Shown here in pieces: positions 1-9,094 of a stretch of 60,926 bases of DNA. The notes under the pieces are model-generated. The model saw nothing but the letters and a program-made list of their open reading frames with translations, did no database searches and was not told the DNA's origin. A program made the position numbers and the translations under genes. Position 1 is the stretch's first letter, and each line of letters begins with the position of its first letter. Source of the stretch: Candidatus Woesearchaeota archaeon (GTDB lineage: Archaea; Nanobdellota; Nanobdellia; UBA10117; JABICX01); the NCBI GenBank assembly GCA_018692915.1, contig JABHLG010000004.1, forward strand, positions 1 to 60,926, written 5' to 3'.

Positions 1-1
1 G

Positions 2-103
2 TTTAAGACAATTCAAATTGCTAAAAAAACCAAATTTGAAAAATATAAAAAACCTAAATCTTGGATAGACAAAACGGTGGGTGAATTCATAAATGAAAAC
101 TAA
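2..103 (+). CDS. C-terminal fragment of an upstream gene cut by the window edge
   Basis: Frame 2 is open from the window edge to TAA at 101-103. It overlaps the next ATG (93) by 11 nt in operon style. No motif is recognisable. Confidence 0.25.
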   Translation, partial: FKTIQIAKKTKFEKYKKPKSWIDKTVGEFINEN

Positions 104-1520
104 TCATAAAATGCTATTTGTAATTCCAAAGATATATGCTAATTATCCTGGAGCTATGCACCCACACGTTGGTGTTGCTTGTTTAGCTGCATGGTTAGAA
201 CAACATGGAATAAAAACTGAAATTATTGATATGCAATTAAATCACACTTTTGATTATCTTATTAAAAAAATAAAAACATTCAAACCAACATATATTGGTA
301 TGACTATGTTTAGTTTTGATTTTGTAAATACATATAAATTAATTAATAAAATTAAATCACAAACAAAAGTTCCACTAATTATTGGTGGTGTTCATGTATC
401 TTCAACAAGAAAAGATGTCTTAGAAAGAACTAATGCAGATATTGCAATTAAACAAGAAGGTGAATACACTCTTTTAGAATTATTTGGTGGTAAGGCAAAA
501 TCAAAAATTGATGGACTAATTTGGAGAAAAGGTAAACAAGTTATTGAAAATAAAAATAGGATGCCTATTTGGAATGTAGATGTTCTTCCATTTCCAGCAT
601 ATGATAAATTTGAATTAGAAAAATATACTTATTGTTCTGTAGATAAAAGAATGCCAATTGTAACATCTCGTGGATGTCCACATGCATGCACATATTGTGC
701 TGTAAAACTTTCAATGGGTCAAACATTTAGACCTAGAACTGCAGAACATGTTGTTGATGAAATCGAACATTGGTATAATGAAGGTTACAAAGTATTTGAA
801 ATTGTTGATGATTGTTTTAGTTTTAATTTAGACCGTGCTAAAAAAATTTGTGACTTACTAATTGAAAGAGATATTAAAATGACTTGGACTTGTGGTTCAG
901 GTATTCGCGCAGATAGAGCTGATGAAGAATTACTTGGAAAAATGAAAAAAGCTGGTTGTATATATACTGCATTTGGTTTAGAAAGTGGTGACCCTGAAAT
1001 TTTAGTAGAAATTAAAAAAGGTATTACGTTAGAAAGAGCAATTAAAACATTTAAAGCTGCTAAAAAAGTTGGATTAAAATGCTCTGTAAATTTTATGATT
1101 GGTCACCAGAAAGAAACTGCTGCTAGAGCAAGAAAAAGTATTGCTCTTGCAAAAACATTGCCAATTGCATATGCAAACTTTCACAACTTTATACCTTATC
1201 CTGGAACAGAAGCATTTGATTATGTTAAAGAACATGGAAGATTTATACTTCCTGTTGAAACATACCTAACAGAATCTGCTAGTAAAACAAGTAAACCTGT
1301 ATTTGAAACTCCTTCATTTACATACAAAGAAAGAAAACAAGTTTTACGAGAAGCTTTCAATCTTACAAGACTTATGCATCTAAGATACAGATTTGGATAT
1401 GCAAAAGGAAGTTTATTATATTACATTGCAAAAGATGATAAAAGATATCACTTAGCTAAGAAATTCTTACTTGGAACTAAGGTAGGTAGAATTATATTTA
1501 ATAAATTAAGAGCGTCATAA
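93..1520 (+). CDS. B12-binding-domain (class B type) radical SAM enzyme
   Basis: 475 aa. CxxxCxxC iron-sulfur motif 'CPHACTYCAV'. The N-terminal Rossmann-like region (PLIIGGVH) is typical of cobalamin-binding radical SAM proteins. Confidence 0.8.
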   Translation: MKTNHKMLFVIPKIYANYPGAMHPHVGVACLAAWLEQHGIKTEIIDMQLNHTFDYLIKKIKTFKPTYIGMTMFSFDFVNTYKLINKIKSQTKVPLIIGGVHVSSTRKDVLERTNADIAIKQEGEYTLLELFGGKAKSKIDGLIWRKGKQVIENKNRMPIWNVDVLPFPAYDKFELEKYTYCSVDKRMPIVTSRGCPHACTYCAVKLSMGQTFRPRTAEHVVDEIEHWYNEGYKVFEIVDDCFSFNLDRAKKICDLLIERDIKMTWTCGSGIRADRADEELLGKMKKAGCIYTAFGLESGDPEILVEIKKGITLERAIKTFKAAKKVGLKCSVNFMIGHQKETAARARKSIALAKTLPIAYANFHNFIPYPGTEAFDYVKEHGRFILPVETYLTESASKTSKPVFETPSFTYKERKQVLREAFNLTRLMHLRYRFGYAKGSLLYYIAKDDKRYHLAKKFLLGTKVGRIIFNKLRAS

Positions 1521-1521
1521 A

Positions 1522-2217
1522 ATGGTTATTCGTAAAGGTGTGTATAAGGAACGTAAAGATTATCATAAAGAGTTAGATACAAAGTGGTCTAGTTATCATT
1601 TACATATTCATAAAAGAAAAATTATTCGTAGAACAATTGAAAATATAAGTAAAAATAAAAAGATTCTAGATATTGGTTGTGGTGAAGGTGAGAATGTTGA
1701 GTTATTTGCTAAAAAGGGTTGGAACATTAAAGGATTAGATTTAAACTATTCTTCTAAATATGTTATATTAGGAGATGCAACAAAAACAAAATTTAAAGCA
1801 AATTCATTTGATGTTGTTCTTTGCTTAGATATTGTTGAACATATTGATATATCAAAACACGAGATATTAATTAAAGAACTCAAACGTATCTTAAAACCAG
1901 GTGGAACTTTAATTTTTGGTTCTCCAAACCTTGCTCATTTATTCTCAAGATTATCATTTTTATTTACAGGTAAATTAATCAGAACAGCAAAAATCAATTA
2001 CCACCCTGGAGATAGACCTTTTAATGAATACAAGCAAATTCTTAGAAAAAATGGTTTTAAACTAATTAAAACTCAAACACTACCTCTAGGCGTTCCACCA
2101 ATATTACAAAGAACATTAAATGTAAAAATAACAAAAATATTATATGAATTTTCAAATCTCATATCAATACCTGCGTTTAGTTTTGATAACATATTAACAT
2201 GCAAATTAAAAAATTAA
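1522..2217 (+). CDS. class I SAM-dependent methyltransferase
   Basis: Motif I 'ILDIGCGEGENV', downstream 'GLDLN' and 'LKPGGTLIF'. It starts 1 nt after the radical SAM stop codon. Confidence 0.75.
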   Translation: MVIRKGVYKERKDYHKELDTKWSSYHLHIHKRKIIRRTIENISKNKKILDIGCGEGENVELFAKKGWNIKGLDLNYSSKYVILGDATKTKFKANSFDVVLCLDIVEHIDISKHEILIKELKRILKPGGTLIFGSPNLAHLFSRLSFLFTGKLIRTAKINYHPGDRPFNEYKQILRKNGFKLIKTQTLPLGVPPILQRTLNVKITKILYEFSNLISIPAFSFDNILTCKLKN

Positions 2218-3422
2218 GTCTTGGAAAAACTGGAAAAATAATTAGTAAGGTATTTTTAGTAAATATTTTAATTGTAGCAATTGGTCTTTTAACAAATATA
2301 GTAATTGCTAGATTTTTCGGGAAAGAAAACTTTGGTATTTACATGTATTTTTTTAGTATAACAAATCTTATCTATATCTTTGCAAGTTTTGGTTTAGCAA
2401 ACACGTTTGCAAAATTTAACCTTAATGAATTAACTAAAACATTACTCAAAAAAGTTATTAGTTTATTAGTATTATCTAGCTTTATTTTTTCAGTAGCAAT
2501 ATATTTCTTTGGAGAATATCTTAATCTAAATCCAAACATAAAATTATTTTTTTGGTTAGTTTTACTTTACAGTTTTGGAGTAAGTTTATTTAACATTCTT
2601 GGTGGTAGTTTGAGATGTCTTGAGAAATTTAAACTTGCAATTAAATTTTCTTTGTATAATAGAATAATTTTAATCTTGTTGATTTTATTTGCAATATTAT
2701 TACGAAATTTTTGGTTTGTTTTGCTTGCTATGTCGATAGCAATTATTAGTCTTTCAATATATGAATTTAGTAAAATAAAATTTGGCGTTAAAAATATTTC
2801 AATTAAAAAATTACTGTTGATAACTTTTCCATTTTTTCTTGCATTAATTAATATGCACTCAATGTATCATATAGATAGAATTTCTATAAATTATGTTTTA
2901 GACTTTGCTCAATTAGGTTACTTTTCTGCATATTCAAATTTTATAAATATATTACGAATTGGTGCATTTACAATTCCATTTGTAATGATTACAAAATCTT
3001 CGAGACAAAAATATATGCCATTTAAATCAATTAAAAAATTATTAATTTTACTACTACCTATTGCATTATTAATTGGATTAATTACGCCATTTATCGTTCC
3101 GTTTTTATATGGTTCAGAATTTGTTGATATTAATTATTATTTAATATGGTCCATGGTTGTATCTAGCGCATTACTTGTTATATATTCTTTAATCAATTCT
3201 ATTTTCTTAGGTGAACATACATCAAATAAAACTACAAATATAATTTTAGGATTTGATGCATTTTTATCAATATGTGTAAATTTAATTTTAAACGTAATAT
3301 TAATTTCAAATTTTGGTTTAATTGGTGCTCCAGTTGCAACTGCAATTGTTTTGCTCGGTAAAATTTTCTTAAATCTTTTTGGATTAAAATTTAGCAGAAG
3401 TCGCCAAGACCTAATTACTTAG
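2199..3422 (+). CDS. multi-pass membrane protein, polysaccharide flippase-like (MOP/Wzx superfamily)
   Basis: 407 aa, highly hydrophobic with about 12 helices. Overlaps the methyltransferase gene by 19 nt. The family call rests on topology and context only. Confidence 0.5.
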   Translation: MQIKKLSLGKTGKIISKVFLVNILIVAIGLLTNIVIARFFGKENFGIYMYFFSITNLIYIFASFGLANTFAKFNLNELTKTLLKKVISLLVLSSFIFSVAIYFFGEYLNLNPNIKLFFWLVLLYSFGVSLFNILGGSLRCLEKFKLAIKFSLYNRIILILLILFAILLRNFWFVLLAMSIAIISLSIYEFSKIKFGVKNISIKKLLLITFPFFLALINMHSMYHIDRISINYVLDFAQLGYFSAYSNFINILRIGAFTIPFVMITKSSRQKYMPFKSIKKLLILLLPIALLIGLITPFIVPFLYGSEFVDINYYLIWSMVVSSALLVIYSLINSIFLGEHTSNKTTNIILGFDAFLSICVNLILNVILISNFGLIGAPVATAIVLLGKIFLNLFGLKFSRSRQDLIT

Positions 3423-3425
3423 TTA

Positions 3426-3446
3426 GAAACTTTTCACAAAAGTTTC
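3426..3446. terminator. perfect 9-bp stem hairpin (gaaactttt-caca-aaagtttc) between convergent genes
   Basis: Read directly. It lies 4 nt after the flippase stop. Two further hairpins follow, at 3455-3472 and about 3482-3499. Confidence 0.4.
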
Positions 3447-3454
3447 ATCACCGA

Positions 3455-3472
3455 GCAAATCAATAGATTTGC
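3455..3472. terminator. 7-bp stem hairpin (gcaaatc-aata-gatttgc)
   Basis: Read directly in the 109-bp convergent intergenic region. Confidence 0.3.
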
Positions 3473-3531
3473 GTGGCCAAGAAAATCAAAGATTTTATCT
3501 GGAAACGTCTAAGGGTAACAGAATATCGACT

Positions 3532-6500
3532 TTAGCAGAAGTCACCCAATCCCAACTGTTTAGTCTTATCTCTTCCGAAAACAGATTCAACTCTTTCATT
3601 CAAAAGTTGGATTGCTTGTCTAACAAAAGGTGAAATGCCATCATAACTTACTAAATTTAATGTTGCTGCTAAGTATTTCTTAACAGTTCCTTCTGCAATT
3701 GTAAAAACAATATTTCCTTTTTTACATGTAGAACAAGTTCCACTTAATGGAATTCGTCTGTAAATTGTATTACATGTTGTGCAACGATATGTTTGTTTTG
3801 TAAATTTTCTAAGATTACCTTTTATATCTCTCACAAAATGACCTTCTACAATTAATTGTGCAACTTTATCTAAATGAGATGCTCTTATCTTTGCAGCAAG
3901 TTTTAATTGTCCATCCATTTTTTCCATCATAGTTGCTAAAGATTTATATGCAGAATTTTTTACACCAACATTCATATTACTAACTGGATGAGTATAACCT
4001 AATCCCTCATATTGTTCAACTTTACCAACTCTATCTTTAATTTGTTCAATTTTAAAATCAGAAGGATGTTTAAATTCTAAAGCTCCTTCATATAATTCTA
4101 AAGGATATTTCCATACAGTATCAACATCAAAAACTTCATCATCAATCTCCTCAACATTTAATAATGTTGAAAGAACAAGTGGTGCATCCATACTTCTACC
4201 ACCCCGTCTATCTGGAAGATATTGCCTTGAGAAATTTAGAAAACCATCCATAACTAAAAATATCGCGGTTTCTTCACCATCTAAATCTCTTCTTTGTGCA
4301 TCATGCCAATAAGGATGTGCAAATCCTCCTTGTGTATGAGAAAAACCAATTATTCTGCCCACAATTCCTGCAGATGTATGTGGTGAAAGTCCAATAACTA
4401 AATGTCCAACTAAATCTTCTTTTTTCTTTACATTATAATATGGTTTTTGTTTGTAAATTGTTTGCAATTCTTCATCAATGAAGTTTGCAACTCTCGTTAG
4501 AACTTGACCTGCACCTTCATCAGCAGCATCAGTGCATAAAGGTAAAACAATATCTTGTGGAAATATTTCTATAATTTGATTTTCATCAACTAAAGGATTT
4601 CCTTTAATATCTTTTTCATATCCAAGTTCTTTTACTTTTTCTAAAGTAATTCCAATTTCTTTAATATTAAAATGAGTTATTCCTAACTCCGTCATATCAA
4701 AACGAATTGTTCCATCTTTATTTACATTTAAATTATATTTGGCTCTTAATATACCCTTACCAAAATATTCTACAAAATGATCTTTATTTGACATTCCCCT
4801 TACACCCTTTATTAATGGTTGGATTTGAGTTATGTTTACAACTTTTGATGCTGAAGAAATATATTTTCTAAGATCTATTTTTGATTTTTCAAATGGAACG
4901 GTTTCTTTATGACATTTATCTAATTTTGTTTTCTTTTTACAAATTGGACAAACTCGATACTGAACTGTATTTGTTTCGCATTTTTCGCATCTTGGATAAA
5001 TCGTTTGCTTTTCGCATTTTTCACAATAAAATACAGGCCATTGTGAAGTTATATGACCTTTATCCATAGCTGCATTAAAACTTCTAAGTCTTCCACCTTC
5101 TTCTCCAACAGGAAATAATACATGTGGTGTTCCCTTTAACTGACGGAGTTTTGCTTTCTCAGGTCTACCCATCCTGACACCAATAAATGTTCCAGACTTA
5201 TCTCTTTGTTTTATTTGAGAAATTTTATTTATACAGTCTAACCCATTTTCTCCAGAACTTTCTTGCTTCAGGAAAAAATCTAAAATCTTAATATAATCAT
5301 CTTCAAAGATAATTTTTTGGTTTTCTATTTTATGTGGGCATCCAATTATTTCTATAGTTCTTTTTAATTTATCATTTGATTCAAATTTTTTTGATAAATA
5401 CCATTTAACTAAATTATTATATTCTATTTCAGTAATATCTTTCCAATGTAATGTCCAATATGGATGAAATGGAACTTTTAATTTCAAAGAAATTTTAAGT
5501 GTGTCTTCAAAACTTGGGATTGTTTCGAAAATATTTTCTTTTAATTTTTCTGCTAAATCTCCCACAACATCTTTAAGATTAATTTTGTTTTCTTTCTCTG
5601 CTTTCTCAACTTCTAACAACCACCATTCTTCACAATAACCTGCTGGAACTAACGCTGTCCAATTTTCATAAAAATCTCCTCGTGAAATTAATATATCTCC
5701 AATAAATAAAATTTCTTTAATTTTATATTTTAATTTTATAGCTTGTTCTTCTGTTTCAATTCTAACAACAGAATCATCTTCTAATTTAACAATAGGTCCT
5801 TCAATTGAATCACACATTGTAAGTGCTGTGCTTTTACCTGGTCTTTCAACTCTTAGTTGTGTTCCTGTTGCAAGAAAATCTAAAAGAACTCTACTTGTTA
5901 CAGGTGAGATTGCCCAACTACCATCTCCAGTTAATCTACTCCGACCGTATCTTAATCTAAATCCTCCTGTTTCTAAAGGATACCCAAATACAGGTCTTCC
6001 CGCAACAATTTCAGATATATAATAATAATTAGGTACTAGTTTTGATTTAGATTCTTCTTTTTTAGTTGAGGATGCTGAATCTGTAGAACGAATTTTTTTC
6101 TTAAGTTTAAAATAATCTTCCATCCATAACCAATCAAGTCCAAAATCTGTTCCCCATTTTGAAAGTTGTCTCCAAACTTTATTATATTTAACAACACCAT
6201 CTGTAAGAACTAAAGCCAATCCACCCCTTATTTGATTTGTTTCAATTCGTGGTAAATTTTTATAATTTGAAACTTCTATTTGTGATGTTGGGTCTCCATT
6301 AATTTCAACAGGTATGTGTGGAATTATAAATTCCATTTCTTCTTTAGTTGGTTTATATTGCTTTCTTTCAAGTTTTTCATAATAATCTGTAACTTCTGTA
6401 TAATATCTAGAAATTTCATCTGGTGTCGGGTCATATTTTGGTAAGCCTTTCTTAATTCTAACATAATCTGCAATAACTAATGTAACAACTTGTTGTGATG

Positions 6501-6987
6501 AACCTGCGCCCCTAATTGGACCTGCAAAATAAAGTGAAATATAATTACCTTTTCCATCATTTCTAGGTCGAAGTTTTATTTCAGCTAAACCTTCTAATGG
6601 TGCTGAAACTACACCATTTGTAGTATAAGTAAGTCCTGTCCTTATACCAATACCAATAGCAAGTTCTTCATCTTCCATATCAAAGAATTTTCTATCAGAA
6701 ACTTCCCAAGCAATTGTTAATCCAACTCTCCAGTCACCCGCACCATATTTACCTTCAAGTTCACTTATTCTTTCAGCAACTCCTGAGTCAATAATTCTTG
6801 ATTCTATAGCACCAATAATTCCCTCAACTCTCTTTCCAACAGATTTTGCTAATAAAATATCTACTTTCTTTTCAGGATCATACCCAATTTCTCTAGCTTT
6901 GTTAGCAATATCGTATGCTTCTCTTGTTTTACTATCTATATTATCAAAATACGTTTTAATTTTAGGTGAACATACAATTTTATCCAT
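3532..6987 (-). CDS. polC: DNA polymerase II (PolD) large subunit DP2
   Basis: 1151 aa. Central zinc modules 'CEKCEKQ..CEKCE..CPICKKK', 'GLSPHTSAGIVGRIIGF', and a C-terminal 'CTTCNT...CSTCKKG'. Length and architecture match archaeal DP2. No intein is evident. Confidence 0.9.
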   Translation of the reverse strand: MDKIVCSPKIKTYFDNIDSKTREAYDIANKAREIGYDPEKKVDILLAKSVGKRVEGIIGAIESRIIDSGVAERISELEGKYGAGDWRVGLTIAWEVSDRKFFDMEDEELAIGIGIRTGLTYTTNGVVSAPLEGLAEIKLRPRNDGKGNYISLYFAGPIRGAGSSQQVVTLVIADYVRIKKGLPKYDPTPDEISRYYTEVTDYYEKLERKQYKPTKEEMEFIIPHIPVEINGDPTSQIEVSNYKNLPRIETNQIRGGLALVLTDGVVKYNKVWRQLSKWGTDFGLDWLWMEDYFKLKKKIRSTDSASSTKKEESKSKLVPNYYYISEIVAGRPVFGYPLETGGFRLRYGRSRLTGDGSWAISPVTSRVLLDFLATGTQLRVERPGKSTALTMCDSIEGPIVKLEDDSVVRIETEEQAIKLKYKIKEILFIGDILISRGDFYENWTALVPAGYCEEWWLLEVEKAEKENKINLKDVVGDLAEKLKENIFETIPSFEDTLKISLKLKVPFHPYWTLHWKDITEIEYNNLVKWYLSKKFESNDKLKRTIEIIGCPHKIENQKIIFEDDYIKILDFFLKQESSGENGLDCINKISQIKQRDKSGTFIGVRMGRPEKAKLRQLKGTPHVLFPVGEEGGRLRSFNAAMDKGHITSQWPVFYCEKCEKQTIYPRCEKCETNTVQYRVCPICKKKTKLDKCHKETVPFEKSKIDLRKYISSASKVVNITQIQPLIKGVRGMSNKDHFVEYFGKGILRAKYNLNVNKDGTIRFDMTELGITHFNIKEIGITLEKVKELGYEKDIKGNPLVDENQIIEIFPQDIVLPLCTDAADEGAGQVLTRVANFIDEELQTIYKQKPYYNVKKKEDLVGHLVIGLSPHTSAGIVGRIIGFSHTQGGFAHPYWHDAQRRDLDGEETAIFLVMDGFLNFSRQYLPDRRGGRSMDAPLVLSTLLNVEEIDDEVFDVDTVWKYPLELYEGALEFKHPSDFKIEQIKDRVGKVEQYEGLGYTHPVSNMNVGVKNSAYKSLATMMEKMDGQLKLAAKIRASHLDKVAQLIVEGHFVRDIKGNLRKFTKQTYRCTTCNTIYRRIPLSGTCSTCKKGNIVFTIAEGTVKKYLAATLNLVSYDGISPFVRQAIQLLNERVESVFGRDKTKQLGLGDFC

Positions 6988-7099
6988 ACTCTGGCCTCAA
7001 AATCTTAATTTTTAAAGAATTGTTTATTTAAAAATCATTTAATATTTTCTGTATTGAAAACATAAGTAAACTTTAAATGCTTTTAGTTGCACACATAAG

Positions 7100-7423
7100 A
7101 TGAGCAAAAAACTCGGAAGAAAACCAAAAAGTGATATACGAGATGAAATGGTAGAACTTCTTTATTTCATGAAAGAAGCTTATGGTTATGAATTATATAA
7201 AAAATATTGTAAGGTTTATGATAAAAAAATATCAATGCGTTCTGTGTATTATCATTTAAATAAAGGTGTTGAACTTGGAATTTTTAATCTTAAAGAAATT
7301 CGTGATGTAAAGGGTGATTTTTCTTGGGGTAGTGGAGTTAAGCAAGTTATATTTCAATTAAGTTCTAATGCTCAACCTAAAATTTCTAAAGATGTAATGG
7401 ATAAAATTAATGCTTTAAAGTAA
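7100..7423 (+). CDS. small winged-helix DNA-binding protein, PadR-like
   Basis: 107 aa. The pattern 'AYGYELYKKY...SVYYHLNKGVELGI' resembles the PadR-type wHTH signature (hGYEl ... lY..L..Le..Gl). Confidence 0.45.
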   Translation: MSKKLGRKPKSDIRDEMVELLYFMKEAYGYELYKKYCKVYDKKISMRSVYYHLNKGVELGIFNLKEIRDVKGDFSWGSGVKQVIFQLSSNAQPKISKDVMDKINALK

Positions 7424-7446
7424 ATTTATTCACAAATTAATATTAT

Positions 7447-7473
7447 ACTCACACCCGTTCATTTCCTTTGAAG
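7447..7473 (-). repeat. ORB-like origin recognition box (left, inverted)
   Basis: The reverse complement reads cttcaaaggaaatgaacgggtgtgagt. It has a TTCnnnGGAAA dyad followed by a G-rich tail. Confidence 0.6.
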
Positions 7474-7664
7474 CTTCTTTTTCTCTTCAATCTTTACTTT
7501 TCAAATTTCTCATTTTATTCTAATTTGTTCTTAGTGTGTTTATTTTAATTGGAAGTGTTATATATTAATAAAATCATTAGATGAAAAAGCTAAAATTTTA
7601 TTATATTCTTTTCAATATTGTATATAATATATATATTTATTAAAATATATAATAATAATAAAGA
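7474..7664. other. AT-rich duplex unwinding element of the putative replication origin
   Basis: About 190 bp between the inverted ORB-like boxes. Positions 7560-7660 are almost pure A/T with (at)n runs. Confidence 0.55.
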
Positions 7665-7693
7665 CTTTCCATTAGAAATGAAGGAGTGAGAGT
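7665..7693 (+). repeat. ORB-like origin recognition box (right)
   Basis: ctttccattagaaatgaaggagtgagagt. The TTCCAnnnGAAA dyad plus purine/G tail matches the left box at 16 of 19 core positions. Confidence 0.6.
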
Positions 7694-7769
7694 GTTCTAA
7701 AATTTGTAGATAGTGTTTTTTTAATAATTCTATTTTTTTCTATATAAATATATATAAGCAGCATTTCTT

Positions 7770-9089
7770 TTGGAAAGTATGGTTGAAGAAAATTTATCTG
7801 AATTTACTAAAGAAGAAAATATAGATAAAATTGAACAAATAGAAATTAAAGAAGATAAAGTTGAAGTTAAACAAGATGAAGTTAAGGATGAATTAAATGA
7901 TTTTTTTGAGGAGTTTTTAGATAAAGAATCTTTATTTATAGATAAAATTGTTTTACAAGTTAAATATTTACCAGATATTATATTACATAGAACAAATCAA
8001 ATGAAACAATTAGCATCAATTTTAGCACCAGCTTTGAAAAATGATAAACCATCAAATTTATTTATTTATGGAAAAACAGGAACAGGTAAAACACTTTGTA
8101 TGAAACATACAATTTCAAAGATGAATGAAATTTCAAAAAAAAGAAATATACCTTTGAGAATAATATATTTGAATTGTAAGATGAAGAAAGTAGCAGATAC
8201 AGAATATAGGATTATAGCACAACTTGCTCGTGAGATTGGTGAGGAAGTTCCAATGACTGGTTTGCCAACTGATGAAGTTTATAATATATTTATTAATAAA
8301 TTAGAATCAAAAAAACAAACTATAATTATAATATTAGATGAGATTGACCAAATTGTGAAAAAATCTGGTGATGAAATATTATATACATTAACTAGAATAA
8401 ATTCTGAATTAAATAATGCACAACTCACTTTTGTTGGTATTTCAAATGATGTTAGGTTTATGGAGAATATAGACCCAAGAGTTAAATCTAGTCTTGGAGA
8501 AGAAGAATTAATTTTTCCACCATACAACGCTCTTGAATTAAAAGATATTTTAGAGAGACGCTCAGCTTTAGCATTCAAAGACAAAGTTATAGAAAATGGT
8601 GTTTTGCAAAAATGTGCTGCATATGCAGCACGAGAGCATGGAGACGCAAGAAGAGCTTTAGATTTATTAAGAGTTGCAGGAGAGGTAGCTGAAAGAGAAA
8701 ATTGTATAATTGTTGAGCCAAAACATATTGATATGGCAGAAGATAAGATTGAGAAATCAAGAGTTTTAGAAATTATTCAAACTCAACCAAAGCAAAGTCA
8801 AATAGTTATGTATTCAATACTTCATGTTTTAGATGAGAAAAAATCAGGTGAATTTGCTGAAACAGGAGAAGTTTTTGAACATTATAAAGAAGTTTGTAAA
8901 AGAACAGGTAATAATATTTTAACTCAACGTAGAATTTCAGATTTAATTTCAGAACTTGATATGTTAGGTATTATTAATGCAAAATTAATTTCAAAAGGTA
9001 GATATGGTAGAACACGTGAAATTTATATGACAATACCTATTGATATTTTGGAAAAAATAAGAGCAACTCTTGAATCAGAGTTATTTTAA
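7770..9089 (+). CDS. cdc6: Orc1/Cdc6 replication initiator
   Basis: AAA+ Walker A 'GKTGTGKT', Walker B 'IIILDEID', 'GDARRALDLLR' and a C-terminal winged helix. The track start 7770 is TTG. The first ATG is at 7779 and is the more likely start. Confidence 0.92.
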   Translation: MESMVEENLSEFTKEENIDKIEQIEIKEDKVEVKQDEVKDELNDFFEEFLDKESLFIDKIVLQVKYLPDIILHRTNQMKQLASILAPALKNDKPSNLFIYGKTGTGKTLCMKHTISKMNEISKKRNIPLRIIYLNCKMKKVADTEYRIIAQLAREIGEEVPMTGLPTDEVYNIFINKLESKKQTIIIILDEIDQIVKKSGDEILYTLTRINSELNNAQLTFVGISNDVRFMENIDPRVKSSLGEEELIFPPYNALELKDILERRSALAFKDKVIENGVLQKCAAYAAREHGDARRALDLLRVAGEVAERENCIIVEPKHIDMAEDKIEKSRVLEIIQTQPKQSQIVMYSILHVLDEKKSGEFAETGEVFEHYKEVCKRTGNNILTQRRISDLISELDMLGIINAKLISKGRYGRTREIYMTIPIDILEKIRATLESELF

Positions 9090-9094
9090 TTCTA

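Noticed and set aside
4881-6022. Plus-strand ORFs 4881-5069 and 5828-6022
   Set aside because: They lie inside the PolD DP2 gene on the opposite strand. They are short with no motifs, so they are treated as shadows.
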